From a bacterium (lineage in GTDB: Bacteria > Patescibacteriota > UBA1384 > CAILIB01), in contig JBAXRQ010000001.1 in assembly GCA_037131105.1 (NCBI GenBank), forward strand, positions 322,039 to 386,038: a stretch of DNA of 64,000 nt. The letters are read 5' to 3'. Within the stretch, counting starts at the first letter, position 1. Each line of letters starts with the position of its first letter. Positions 1 to 8,649 of the stretch are shown here, piece by piece. Made by a program: the position numbers and the translations under genes. Under the pieces are notes generated by a model that worked only from the letters and a program-made list of their open reading frames with translations, did not search any database and was not told where the DNA came from.

Positions 1-36
1 CTGATCAACGACCCTGAGTGCGAGGCCTGCCAGTAG
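1..36 (+). CDS. nrdA: 3' end of class I ribonucleotide reductase alpha subunit (partial)
   Basis: Frame 1 reads LINDPECEACQ*, the typical C-terminal CxxC tail of NrdA; only 11 codons are visible. Confidence 0.65.
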   Translation: MINDPECEACQ

Positions 37-90
37 GTAAAGGCGCTCCACGGGCCCTAGGAAGCACCTGAGAGGGTGTTTTTTAGTGCG

Positions 91-1254
91 CTAGAAAAGG
101 GCGGCGAGCAGCTGCATGGCCGCCTTGGTCTGGGACCAGTCCTGAGGCTCGTAAGTAGTCTCGAGGCTGTTGATATACGAAGTGTGGTCTGTGGACCCGG
201 GCCGCAGCTTGAGCTGGGTAATGAAGCTGGTGACGTCCAGGGGGTCCAGCAAGGTCTGGATGACCGGGGAGCCGGTGACGGCTCTTTCAACTATGGCAAC
301 AAATTCAGGCCGTTGATCGGCGGGGAGAAGGTTAAGTTGCTCCCATAGTTGTTCCTGAGCACTACCATTGGTGATGAGCTGTGGAGTTAGGACAGAAGTT
401 ATCTTCTCAAACTGGCTGAAGTCGATCTTCTCACCAGCATTGCGTACAAAGAAGGCCGCATCGGCCTTGCGTAAGAATTCAACTTCCTTGTCAAAGCGAA
501 GATAGTCCCAGAAAAGGGTGCAGTACAGCTCAGTGTCGTCTGGACCTCCAGTTCCGCCCATGGCTGTCAGAAATTCGAGCACATTCTCTAGTGACTGGAA
601 CAACACGAAGCTTTCCTCGCCGATACGCTGGCCTGCCGCCTGCTCCTTGTATTCGACGGGGAAAAAAGGAATCTGAGACATGAAGTCCATGACCTCCTTC
701 TTCATGGCAGTGGTGGGAACGACTGGGGTGAAGTTGTTTTCAGTGAGCAGGTCGGTAATCTTGTCTAGCAGTTCGGAAGCTTTTTTGAGTAGGTTGGGGA
801 GGGCCTCAGAGTCAAGCGAGGCATGGATGAAGGACTTAAGATATAAGAAATCCCGGTCATAATGAGGGGCTGCAAGCAAGAGAAAGCAACTATGCCAGGC
901 ATCCGTAAGATTCGCTGCCTGTATGGGGTCCAAGGGAGCAAGAGCGGTTGCGGTAAGGGTGGGGTACAGTTTTTGGTAATGGCCGATTACAGAGGTTGAA
1001 TTATACTTGCCAAGGGCGTTAGCAAGGCTGATTAAACCCGAAGGAGGAACTAATTCTGAAAGGTTGGTATCAAATGATGTACGGATAAGCCTGCCGATTC
1101 TTAATAGTATTTCGTGGGGAAGAAGGTTCGTCAAATCAGCAAAGAGGTCCTTATCTTTATCCTGTATGGTGCGGGCATATTCCAATAGGTCCTCGGGTGA
1201 GGCAGTGGGCAGCCAGGAAGCAAGCTCGATAACAAGGGAGGAAGGATCGGTCAC
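91..1254 (-). CDS. Hypothetical 387-aa helical protein, translationally coupled to the upstream large membrane protein
   Basis: Long ORF; GTG start overlaps the TGA of 1251..5174 (GTGA overlap); no recognised motif. Confidence 0.75.
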   Translation of the reverse strand: MTDPSSLVIELASWLPTASPEDLLEYARTIQDKDKDLFADLTNLLPHEILLRIGRLIRTSFDTNLSELVPPSGLISLANALGKYNSTSVIGHYQKLYPTLTATALAPLDPIQAANLTDAWHSCFLLLAAPHYDRDFLYLKSFIHASLDSEALPNLLKKASELLDKITDLLTENNFTPVVPTTAMKKEVMDFMSQIPFFPVEYKEQAAGQRIGEESFVLFQSLENVLEFLTAMGGTGGPDDTELYCTLFWDYLRFDKEVEFLRKADAAFFVRNAGEKIDFSQFEKITSVLTPQLITNGSAQEQLWEQLNLLPADQRPEFVAIVERAVTGSPVIQTLLDPLDVTSFITQLKLRPGSTDHTSYINSLETTYEPQDWSQTKAAMQLLAALF

Positions 1255-4200
1255 GCGCGTGCGTTATGGACGAGTGAAGGGGACCCAGACGCCTGTTTGT
1301 CCATGTTGATGTGGTTGACGTCGTAATCTTGTGTGATCTTGTTCCACAGATCTCGCTTCCCTCCCTTTCCCGGCCCTTCGTGACCACTTCCTATTGCTTC
1401 GACCCTAGTGATAAAGGTGTCGACATTCGCGGCTCCTCCTGCTGCCATCTCAATCTTTCTTTTAGCGGCTGCAGCCTCTGGCCGGGTGTCAGTCATAATG
1501 TTTCGCAAGCCGCCTGTAAAGGCCTCAACCTGTTTCTTTTCAAGCTTCCCCTCCTGCAGGCCCTTGGTAAAGGCGTGGAAGCCTACTTCTACATCTGGCT
1601 TTAGGTCGGCTGTGTCGCCTCCTAGCAGCTTCGCAAACTCCGTATGGCTTCCTTTAGGCATGAGGTCCTTTATAAGCTTGCCTTGCTCTAGGCTATCGGC
1701 TCCTTCAGCCTTGATGTAGCCGTTGCTCTTTTTCCCAATACGCTTCTCATACATTTCCAGTTCTTCATCTTTTAGTCCGATGTAGTCTTCTTTGGTCGCC
1801 TGGCGTGTCTCTTCAAGCCGGCCTAAAAGGGCGATGTTGGTGCTACGGTGACCTGCCGCCATGCCGCTTATCTCAGTGTCCATTCCATCATAGATTGTAC
1901 TGTTCTTTGTATCGATAGCCTTTAGCTGCTGGGTATAATGTCTCATCTGTGAGATGTCCTCGGCGGTGTGGTTGTCCTTTGCGAAGAGGTCCTTCAGGGA
2001 TTTTGAGTACTCAAGAACTTTCTGCTGTCTGAGAGCCTGTTCATTCTGGGTCTTTTCCTCGCCCTTTGCACGCATCTCTTCCCCAAGGCCCTGCTGCAAC
2101 ATCTGGTTTTTTAGAGTCTCTGCCTCTTTCTGCGCTTCAGCTATCTCGACCGGGTCGGTAAGGTCTTTGGCGGGGTTCTTGAGGAAGTTGTTCAGCTGCA
2201 TGGTCTTAGCTGTCTCAGCTTGTTCGGCTTTGAACTTTGCAGTAATGCCCTCTTTTCTTAGCGTCAGATACTCCTTTTTAAGGCGGGCGCTTTCATTCTT
2301 TTTGGTGCGCACCCCTTCCATCCAGTTCGCGTCAGACATCGTCTTGATTTCCTTCTCTGACTCAAGGTCAGCCAGCGCCTGCTGATAGTCTCCCTTGATG
2401 AGGTTGTCGCTACTTCGGTTTGCTTCCCAGCGGGTAGAGGCTTTCTCCGCATTCGTTTTATCGAGCTTGCTTTGCTGGAATTCCTTCGCCAAACGCTTGT
2501 TGTTATCCTTTCGAGTCTTGATCTCTTCCTTTAAGGCGTCATTGAGATTTGCCAGGGTCTCCTTCCGTATTTCGATATCTGCGGCCTGCTTTTTAAGGCC
2601 ACGACTCTTGCTAATAGACTCATTCATAAGCTCTTCTTCATCAAGCTTCAGCCGCTCCTGCTTGTTTTTGGTTGCAGCCTCCGAACGGGCAAAGGCACGG
2701 TTTACCAGTTTGCCCGGACCGACCTTTGCTAGGGCTCCCTTGACGACGGGTCCTTCCATAACCATTTTATTTCGTGCGTTCATGTTCTCCACAACTTTGC
2801 CATAGCCTCTTCGTACTGTTCCTGCAGGTGTGTAACGGTTTGCAGCGTTGCGCCCGTATTCATTCCACTTGTCCAGCACTCCCTTCGCTTCACCGGCCAG
2901 ACTGAACGGCGTCTTAATGGCAAAGTAGAGACAGACGATACCGAAGGCATAGCCGAGTATACCGGCGAGCGGTGCGTCGGCGCTGCCCAGCACCCCTGCA
3001 TTTACCGAACTTGCCCAGACTAAGGAAAGCCAGATCCAGAACCCAGCTGCCAGCGGCATGATCAGCCAGCCCTTCATCAGGCCCCACCAGCGCTTCCAGA
3101 CCGCCTCCAATGGACTAAAGAAGGCACCCATGGCAGCAAGCGGCGCCATAGGGACCATGACGTAGAAGATGATGCGCCGGACCAGCATCAGGAACGCTAC
3201 AATCAACAGCATTACTGCGGCGACGACGGTGAAGATGTTGAGAAGAGTAAGCTTGAAGATCTTACTGAGGTCTACATTGCTGTTGGCCTGGCACTTCTCG
3301 GTCATCCAGGCGGCGTTTGCATTGGGTAGACAGCTGACCGACCCACCTACGCCTCCTGCGATAGACTTAATACCTTCTGGGAAGCCGCTGTACTGATTTA
3401 CGAAGGACTCAAAGGAGGGGGCGGTGCCTTGCTGCGTACCTATCCCTATAAGTCCACGGGTAAGCTGCCCCACCACCTCCAAACTGGCGCGTACGCCGAA
3501 GAATGAGAAGTGAGCGACGATGAAGCCGATGATCAGGGCCGGTATCAGCTTGTTGATGGCGTAGGTATTGACTTGAATCTGCAGCAGGTTGGCCAGGGCG
3601 ATAAGGACAAGGCCTAGCACGAGGACGACGTTCAGGAACTGGAGGACCCGGTTATAGGCGTTCTGGACCAGGGCTCCGATGCCGCCGGGGGTATTGTCTA
3701 TCAGCTGCTGCTCGATAGGGGTGGTCATAAAGTTGAGGAAGTCGGGATCAGTCAGATATGCACTAATTGTGTTAGCTGTGCCGGCACCCTGTGGGCGCTG
3801 GATCATGTCTGCGCTATCGGCGAGAAAGAGGGCGGAAGTGTTTATGAAAAGCCCTGCGATGTCGTGGCCGATTACCGCGGCATTGCAGATGGCCCGCAAG
3901 TAGAAGTTGACGCTGAGCGGGGTGCCGTTGCCACCGCAGGGGCCACTGCTGGCATCACCGGTCACTGTTCCGATTTTTGGCTCGCCTGCAGCCACCTTTG
4001 CGGCAGCGTCAGTTAGTGTTTTGGTCAGTGCCTCTGGAGTTGCACCATTAGCTGACTCGGTCTGAGTCTGCAGACTGATAACCATATCTCGGATCGGCTG
4101 GTAGATGGTATAGAAGCTACCGAGGTCGGAGTAGGGGGTGTAAGTCCCGGTGGTTTTGGTCCACTCCACACCAACGCTTCCATCCTTGAGTAGGGTCTGT

Positions 4201-5174
4201 AGGTTGGCTGGGTCAGCATGGAGGTAAGCATAGGAGGACTCAAGATCTGTGATGAGCTTGGTGATCACCATTGCGGTGAAGGTGCTGTCTGAGTTGATGA
4301 TCTGGCTTACATCAGTTCTCCACTTGTCCTTGCCAGTTGCATCCTTAGGACTGTTCAGAAGTGTATAGATTTTGCCTAGCACGAAGCCTTGTTGGTTAAT
4401 CTGGGCAATGTCTTCACAGGTGGAGCCTCCGGTTTTTAGAAGTCCGCACGTCTCGCTGCGGGCCGCACTGTCCTTTAAATGGCCGACGAGATAGTCGTCG
4501 AACAGCTGTTTCCCGGCTCCATTTGCTTTTACGGTTCCCCCCGTACCAGAAGCCGCCGGAGTGTAGTCAAAATAGAAACCATTTACTGCAGTTGTAGTGC
4601 CAGCTTTTACCTTGACGAGGTCGGCAATGAGACCGGTTCCCCCGCCACCCGCGCCAAGACGCTCCAGAAGATTCCTCCAGTGGTTCTGGACGCTTTGCTG
4701 GCGGTACTGGGCAAGGATTACCCAGTCAGCCGCTCCGTTATAAAACTCCTGGGTAGTGTTGTTATTGTTGGGAGGATTCTCTGAGGTAAGTACGGGCTTG
4801 GTAGGTGCTTTGGAGAGTGCACTGAGCTTGGTTGTAATGGCGGTATAGGCAGCTGGTCCGTTGGAGAGGCCTCCGACAAAGAGAAGGGCCAAGGGCCCCA
4901 GAAGGACTTGCTTTGCAGCGAAATCCTTAAAGGCGGTGTTACATGTTACGTTGCAGCTCAGCCAGTTTGTGAACTGCTGCTGGGTTGCCGGCGTGGCAGT
5001 GAAGCCACCAATAGAAAGCCCACCGCTAGGGACCACTCCGCCACCGGGGAGACCAGTTGAAGGGGTGTTGGTATCGGCATGTGCGGTTGAGGGAACAAAC
5101 GCACCTACAAATCCGCCTACTGAGATAAGCAGTATTACCCAGGAAAGAATGATCGTACGCCCCCAATGGATCAT
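1251..5174 (-). CDS. 1307-aa VirB6/TrbL-like polytopic membrane protein with large extracellular N-terminal domain and charged coiled-coil C-terminus
   Basis: N-terminal signal/TM (AHA-D cleavage-like site); Cys pairs and Gly/Thr-rich exterior domain; central multi-TM core (NVVLVLGLVLIALANLL...LIPALIIGFIVAHFS...LVRRIIFYVMVPMAPLA...WKRWW) like CPR VirB6-like proteins; K/E-rich tail. Confidence 0.6.
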   Translation of the reverse strand: MIHWGRTIILSWVILLISVGGFVGAFVPSTAHADTNTPSTGLPGGGVVPSGGLSIGGFTATPATQQQFTNWLSCNVTCNTAFKDFAAKQVLLGPLALLFVGGLSNGPAAYTAITTKLSALSKAPTKPVLTSENPPNNNNTTQEFYNGAADWVILAQYRQQSVQNHWRNLLERLGAGGGGTGLIADLVKVKAGTTTAVNGFYFDYTPAASGTGGTVKANGAGKQLFDDYLVGHLKDSAARSETCGLLKTGGSTCEDIAQINQQGFVLGKIYTLLNSPKDATGKDKWRTDVSQIINSDSTFTAMVITKLITDLESSYAYLHADPANLQTLLKDGSVGVEWTKTTGTYTPYSDLGSFYTIYQPIRDMVISLQTQTESANGATPEALTKTLTDAAAKVAAGEPKIGTVTGDASSGPCGGNGTPLSVNFYLRAICNAAVIGHDIAGLFINTSALFLADSADMIQRPQGAGTANTISAYLTDPDFLNFMTTPIEQQLIDNTPGGIGALVQNAYNRVLQFLNVVLVLGLVLIALANLLQIQVNTYAINKLIPALIIGFIVAHFSFFGVRASLEVVGQLTRGLIGIGTQQGTAPSFESFVNQYSGFPEGIKSIAGGVGGSVSCLPNANAAWMTEKCQANSNVDLSKIFKLTLLNIFTVVAAVMLLIVAFLMLVRRIIFYVMVPMAPLAAMGAFFSPLEAVWKRWWGLMKGWLIMPLAAGFWIWLSLVWASSVNAGVLGSADAPLAGILGYAFGIVCLYFAIKTPFSLAGEAKGVLDKWNEYGRNAANRYTPAGTVRRGYGKVVENMNARNKMVMEGPVVKGALAKVGPGKLVNRAFARSEAATKNKQERLKLDEEELMNESISKSRGLKKQAADIEIRKETLANLNDALKEEIKTRKDNNKRLAKEFQQSKLDKTNAEKASTRWEANRSSDNLIKGDYQQALADLESEKEIKTMSDANWMEGVRTKKNESARLKKEYLTLRKEGITAKFKAEQAETAKTMQLNNFLKNPAKDLTDPVEIAEAQKEAETLKNQMLQQGLGEEMRAKGEEKTQNEQALRQQKVLEYSKSLKDLFAKDNHTAEDISQMRHYTQQLKAIDTKNSTIYDGMDTEISGMAAGHRSTNIALLGRLEETRQATKEDYIGLKDEELEMYEKRIGKKSNGYIKAEGADSLEQGKLIKDLMPKGSHTEFAKLLGGDTADLKPDVEVGFHAFTKGLQEGKLEKKQVEAFTGGLRNIMTDTRPEAAAAKRKIEMAAGGAANVDTFITRVEAIGSGHEGPGKGGKRDLWNKITQDYDVNHINMDKQASGSPSLVHNARA

Positions 5175-5256
5175 CTGTGGAGAAGGAATAGTTATTCCTT
5201 TCCATTGTAATCCCTAGGGCGCACAATACGCAACGTAAGATGTCGCGCAGCCGTAC

Positions 5257-5463
5257 TTAGGCGACCGGCTTCTTGGAGCGGGCGAGACCTCCCCGCCTGC
5301 CGGCTTCCTTAGCCTCCTCGGCCGTCCACTGGTGGGCGGTACCGCGGGCATGGGCGGCTTGGCCTCCGCGCTTGGCGATTTCCTTCTGCTTGGTGGGGTC
5401 CATCGAGGCGAATCCTCTCCTTTTGGCTCCTGATTGGTTGGATTCCATAGGTTTTTTCTTCAT
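5257..5463 (-). CDS. KGG-repeat stress-induced small protein (YciG/GsiB-like)
   Basis: RRGFASMDPTKQKEIAKRGG and EAKEAGRRGG motifs; true start at 5463 or 5448, not 5865. Confidence 0.85.
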   Translation of the reverse strand: MKKKPMESNQSGAKRRGFASMDPTKQKEIAKRGGQAAHARGTAHQWTAEEAKEAGRRGGLARSKKPVA

Positions 5464-5641
5464 GGATAGAATGGTTATCTTGCTAGGGGGTGTTACGGGT
5501 CCCCCGATGCTCGACCGGCATCCTCTTGGCTCATATCCTACGCCTTGGGAAATGTCTGCGCTGTGAGCTTCCCTACCGTTCAATCGTAAGCTCGACCGCC
5601 AAGGCCTTGCGTTCGCTTTTTGTTCGGTATAGTGTGGGGTC

Positions 5642-6307
5642 ATGACACCATTTCGCCACCTACCGCTGGTACGCAGGCCCCGAGAGCGACTCCAGGCCGA
5701 AGGAGTTGAGGCGCTTCCTTTGGAAGATCTTCTGGCTATTCTGCTGCGCACCGGAAGCCGTGGGTCTGATGTGTTAGCACTTAGTGAGCGCATTCGTGAC
5801 TCGCTGCTTTCCGGACAGTCCGACGCCAGCCAGCTTGCTCTTATCCCCGGAGTGGGTCCTAGCAAGGCAGCTATTATAGCTGCTGCCCTGCAGCTCCCTC
5901 AGTCCCTCCGGCAGCGGTCAGGTACCTTCGTGCTTTCAGATCCGGCCACGGTCTATGCCTCGTGCCAGGACCTGCTCCGAGAGCCTCAGGAGCATCTGGT
6001 GGTCTTCTTTCTTACGGTCAGGAACCAGCAGATAGCTCGCGAGACCGTTTCCATAGGTACTGCCAGTGCCAGTCTGTTGCATCCCCGTGAGGTCTTCAGG
6101 CCGGCTATTATCCACAACGCTTCACATGTAGTGGTGGCCCATAACCATCCGTCTGGAGATCCCTTGCCTAGTAGTGCAGATCGTGATGCTACCTTGCAGC
6201 TGGCCAGGGCAGGGCGGCAGGTGGGGATTGAGCTGGTAGACCACGTGGTCTGCGGGAGGGACGGATATGTTTCCCTCAAGGCCAGTTCCCCCGAATTATT
6301 CTTTTAA
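5642..6307 (+). CDS. radC: RadC (JAB/MPN domain) protein
   Basis: PRERL, LLAILLRTG, HhH GVGPSKA, HPREVF, HNHPSGDPxPSxxD, LVDHVV. Confidence 0.95.
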   Translation: MTPFRHLPLVRRPRERLQAEGVEALPLEDLLAILLRTGSRGSDVLALSERIRDSLLSGQSDASQLALIPGVGPSKAAIIAAALQLPQSLRQRSGTFVLSDPATVYASCQDLLREPQEHLVVFFLTVRNQQIARETVSIGTASASLLHPREVFRPAIIHNASHVVVAHNHPSGDPLPSSADRDATLQLARAGRQVGIELVDHVVCGRDGYVSLKASSPELFF

Positions 6308-6363
6308 CCTGACAGGTCTGGTCGGTGTAATTCTGTGTCAGAAACTCCGTTGCTCTCTTACAG

Positions 6364-6504
6364 AATGAATGATCTTCGTTGGTGTGAGACTCACACAATG
6401 GAGGCCACTCAGATCCTAGGACCGCCTTCCGGCGGCCCGTCGCTCCTCGCTACGCTGCTCATTTCTTTCTCGAAATCCACTCGATCCAACAAGTCCATTT
6501 CATT
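6364..6504. repeat. Long imperfect inverted-repeat / structured intergenic element
   Basis: aatgaatgatcttcgttgg pairs imperfectly with ccaacaagtccatttcatt; internal hairpins gtgtga-gac-tcacac and ccgcc-ttcc-ggcgg. Confidence 0.45.
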
Positions 6505-6555
6505 AATATGCTAGACAATCTATACCTGTGGCCAGGTAGCTAGCTTTTTGCTTTA

Positions 6556-7419
6556 ATGGAAGCACATATGCAGACACTTTTCAGCCAACCCGTCGTCGAT
6601 ACTATAAAGAAGCTCGCCAAGGAAAAGGCGGCGGCCCTTATTGATGAGGGCATAGATCCACAGCTGGCGGTCATCCTGGTGGGCAACGACGAGGACAGCC
6701 TCCGTTATATTGCCATCAAGCAGCGCTTCGCCAAGGAAGTCGGCGTCATCATGTCCCTGTACCATATCGAGGCCGAAGAGCCGTACGAAGAGGTGGAGCG
6801 TACCATCAAGTTTTTGTCCGAAGATCCGGAGATGCACGGTATCATCGTTCAGTTGCCGCTTCCTGAGCGGTATACCCAGGAGCAGACCGACATGTTGCTT
6901 TCATTGGTCCCGGCCTCGAAGGATGTCGACGGACTGGGTGGCCACTGGCAGAAGCAGGCAGGTCAGGCCCTGACCCTCAAAGAGCTGCTAGAACCCCAAA
7001 ACGCCCTACTTCCTCCCACGGTCAGTTCAGTCCTGTCACTGTTGGATCAGTATTCCATTTCGCCTCGCGACAAGCGGACGGTTATGGTAGGTCGCGGCCG
7101 CCTAGTCGGCAGGCCTTTGGAAGAGTACTTCAAGCATCTTGGCCTGGAAGTAGCGAGCGTGGACGAGGAGACCCCAGGTATCCTGGCTATCACTCAGACT
7201 GCTGACATCCTTATTAGCGCCACCGGCGAGCCTGATCTTATTACCTACCAATGGGTAAAGCAGGGAGCCGTAGTAGTTGACTGTGCCCGGGACATCCATG
7301 AGGACTCGGTAGGGCAGGTGGCCTCGGCGCTAGCTCCCTCACGGGGTGGGGTAGGACCGCTTACCGTCGCTTGGCTTCTTTACAACACCATAATCGCCGC
7401 AGGAGGCTCCCATGACTAA
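6556..7419 (+). CDS. folD: Bifunctional methylenetetrahydrofolate dehydrogenase/cyclohydrolase
   Basis: LAVILVG, HGIIVQLPLP, KDVDGL, VGRGRLVGRP, GGVGPLTVA. Confidence 0.93.
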   Translation: MEAHMQTLFSQPVVDTIKKLAKEKAAALIDEGIDPQLAVILVGNDEDSLRYIAIKQRFAKEVGVIMSLYHIEAEEPYEEVERTIKFLSEDPEMHGIIVQLPLPERYTQEQTDMLLSLVPASKDVDGLGGHWQKQAGQALTLKELLEPQNALLPPTVSSVLSLLDQYSISPRDKRTVMVGRGRLVGRPLEEYFKHLGLEVASVDEETPGILAITQTADILISATGEPDLITYQWVKQGAVVVDCARDIHEDSVGQVASALAPSRGGVGPLTVAWLLYNTIIAAGGSHD

Positions 7420-8641
7420 CGCCAGCCAGACCCGCATCCAGCAGCTTATAGAGATGGAGGCTGAGCGCCAGTCCAGCCAGCTTTCTCTTATTGCGTCCGA
7501 AAACTATGTCTCAAAGGCAGTTATGGAGGCTACCGGATCTGTACTAACCAACAAGTATGCCGAAGGCTATCCTGGCCGTCGTTACTATGGTGGCAACCAA
7601 GTCGTCGACCTGGTTGAAGAGGAAGCCATCAAACAGGCCCAGGCCTTGTTCGACACTGATTACCACGTAAATGTGCAGCCGTACTCAGGTTCTCCCGCCA
7701 ACCTGGCTGTCTATACTGCCCTGCTTGAGGTGGGCGATACGGTCATGGGCATGGGTCTGGCCCACGGCGGTCATCTAACCCACGGCCACCCAGTAAACCT
7801 TACCGGAAGGCTCTATAACTTCGTACAGTATGGGGTGAGCAAGGACACCGAGCTCATTGATTATGACGAGGTACGGAAGCTGGCCTTGGAGCATAAGCCC
7901 AAGCTTATTGTCTGCGGCTCTACCGCTTATTCTGCCATTATCGACTTCGCTGCCTTCGCTGCCATCGCCAAGGAAGTAGGGGCGCTGCTCATGGTGGACA
8001 TGGCCCATATCGCCGGCCTGATCGCCGGTGGCGAGCATCCTTCTCCTTTCGGTATCGCCGACGTCATCACTAGCACCACCCACAAGACCCTGCGCGGTCC
8101 CCGCAGCGGCGTCATCTTCTGCAAGGAGGAGCATGCCAAGGCCATCGACAAGGCCATCATCCCCGGCATGCAGGGAGGTCCCCATATGAACACCATCGCC
8201 GCCATGGCGGTAGCCTTTGAGGAAGCCCGTCAACCCTCGTTTCGCCAGTACGCCAAGCAGATTGTCCTGAATGCGCGCCAGCTTGCCTTCACTATGCAGC
8301 AGCACGGCTTTCGCCTGGTGGGAGACGGTACTGAGAACCATCTCTTCCTGCTCGACCTGCGCTCCACCCGTTTCCTCGGCAAGGAGGCCAGCGCCCTTCT
8401 CGAGGAGATCGGCATCATCTGCAATATGAACATGATCCCCTACGATGAGAACAAGCCGATGAACCCTTCTGGACTGCGCATCGGCACCCCAGGGGTCACC
8501 TCTCGCGGTATGAAGGAAAAGGAAATGGAACAGATCGGAACTATAATCGCCACTCTGCTTAACGACCCCAGCCAGAAGTCGGAACTAGCCAAGCAGGTGG
8601 CGACCCTCTCTAAGAAGTTCCGCATCCCTTCCCACTATTAA
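7412..8641 (+). CDS. glyA: Serine hydroxymethyltransferase
   Basis: LIASEN, NKYAEGYPGRRYYGG, GGHLTHG, TTHKTLRGPR (PLP lysine). Confidence 0.98.
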   Translation: MTNASQTRIQQLIEMEAERQSSQLSLIASENYVSKAVMEATGSVLTNKYAEGYPGRRYYGGNQVVDLVEEEAIKQAQALFDTDYHVNVQPYSGSPANLAVYTALLEVGDTVMGMGLAHGGHLTHGHPVNLTGRLYNFVQYGVSKDTELIDYDEVRKLALEHKPKLIVCGSTAYSAIIDFAAFAAIAKEVGALLMVDMAHIAGLIAGGEHPSPFGIADVITSTTHKTLRGPRSGVIFCKEEHAKAIDKAIIPGMQGGPHMNTIAAMAVAFEEARQPSFRQYAKQIVLNARQLAFTMQQHGFRLVGDGTENHLFLLDLRSTRFLGKEASALLEEIGIICNMNMIPYDENKPMNPSGLRIGTPGVTSRGMKEKEMEQIGTIIATLLNDPSQKSELAKQVATLSKKFRIPSHY

Positions 8642-8649
8642 GACTCTCT

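Noticed and set aside
5464-5865. N-terminal extension of the 202-aa ORF
   Set aside because: Overlaps radC on the opposite strand; only the last ~68 aa carry the KGG motifs
6308-6555. ZTP or THF riboswitch call
   Set aside because: The conserved cores (e.g. GACUGGCG...GCCUGGGC for ZTP) are not visible
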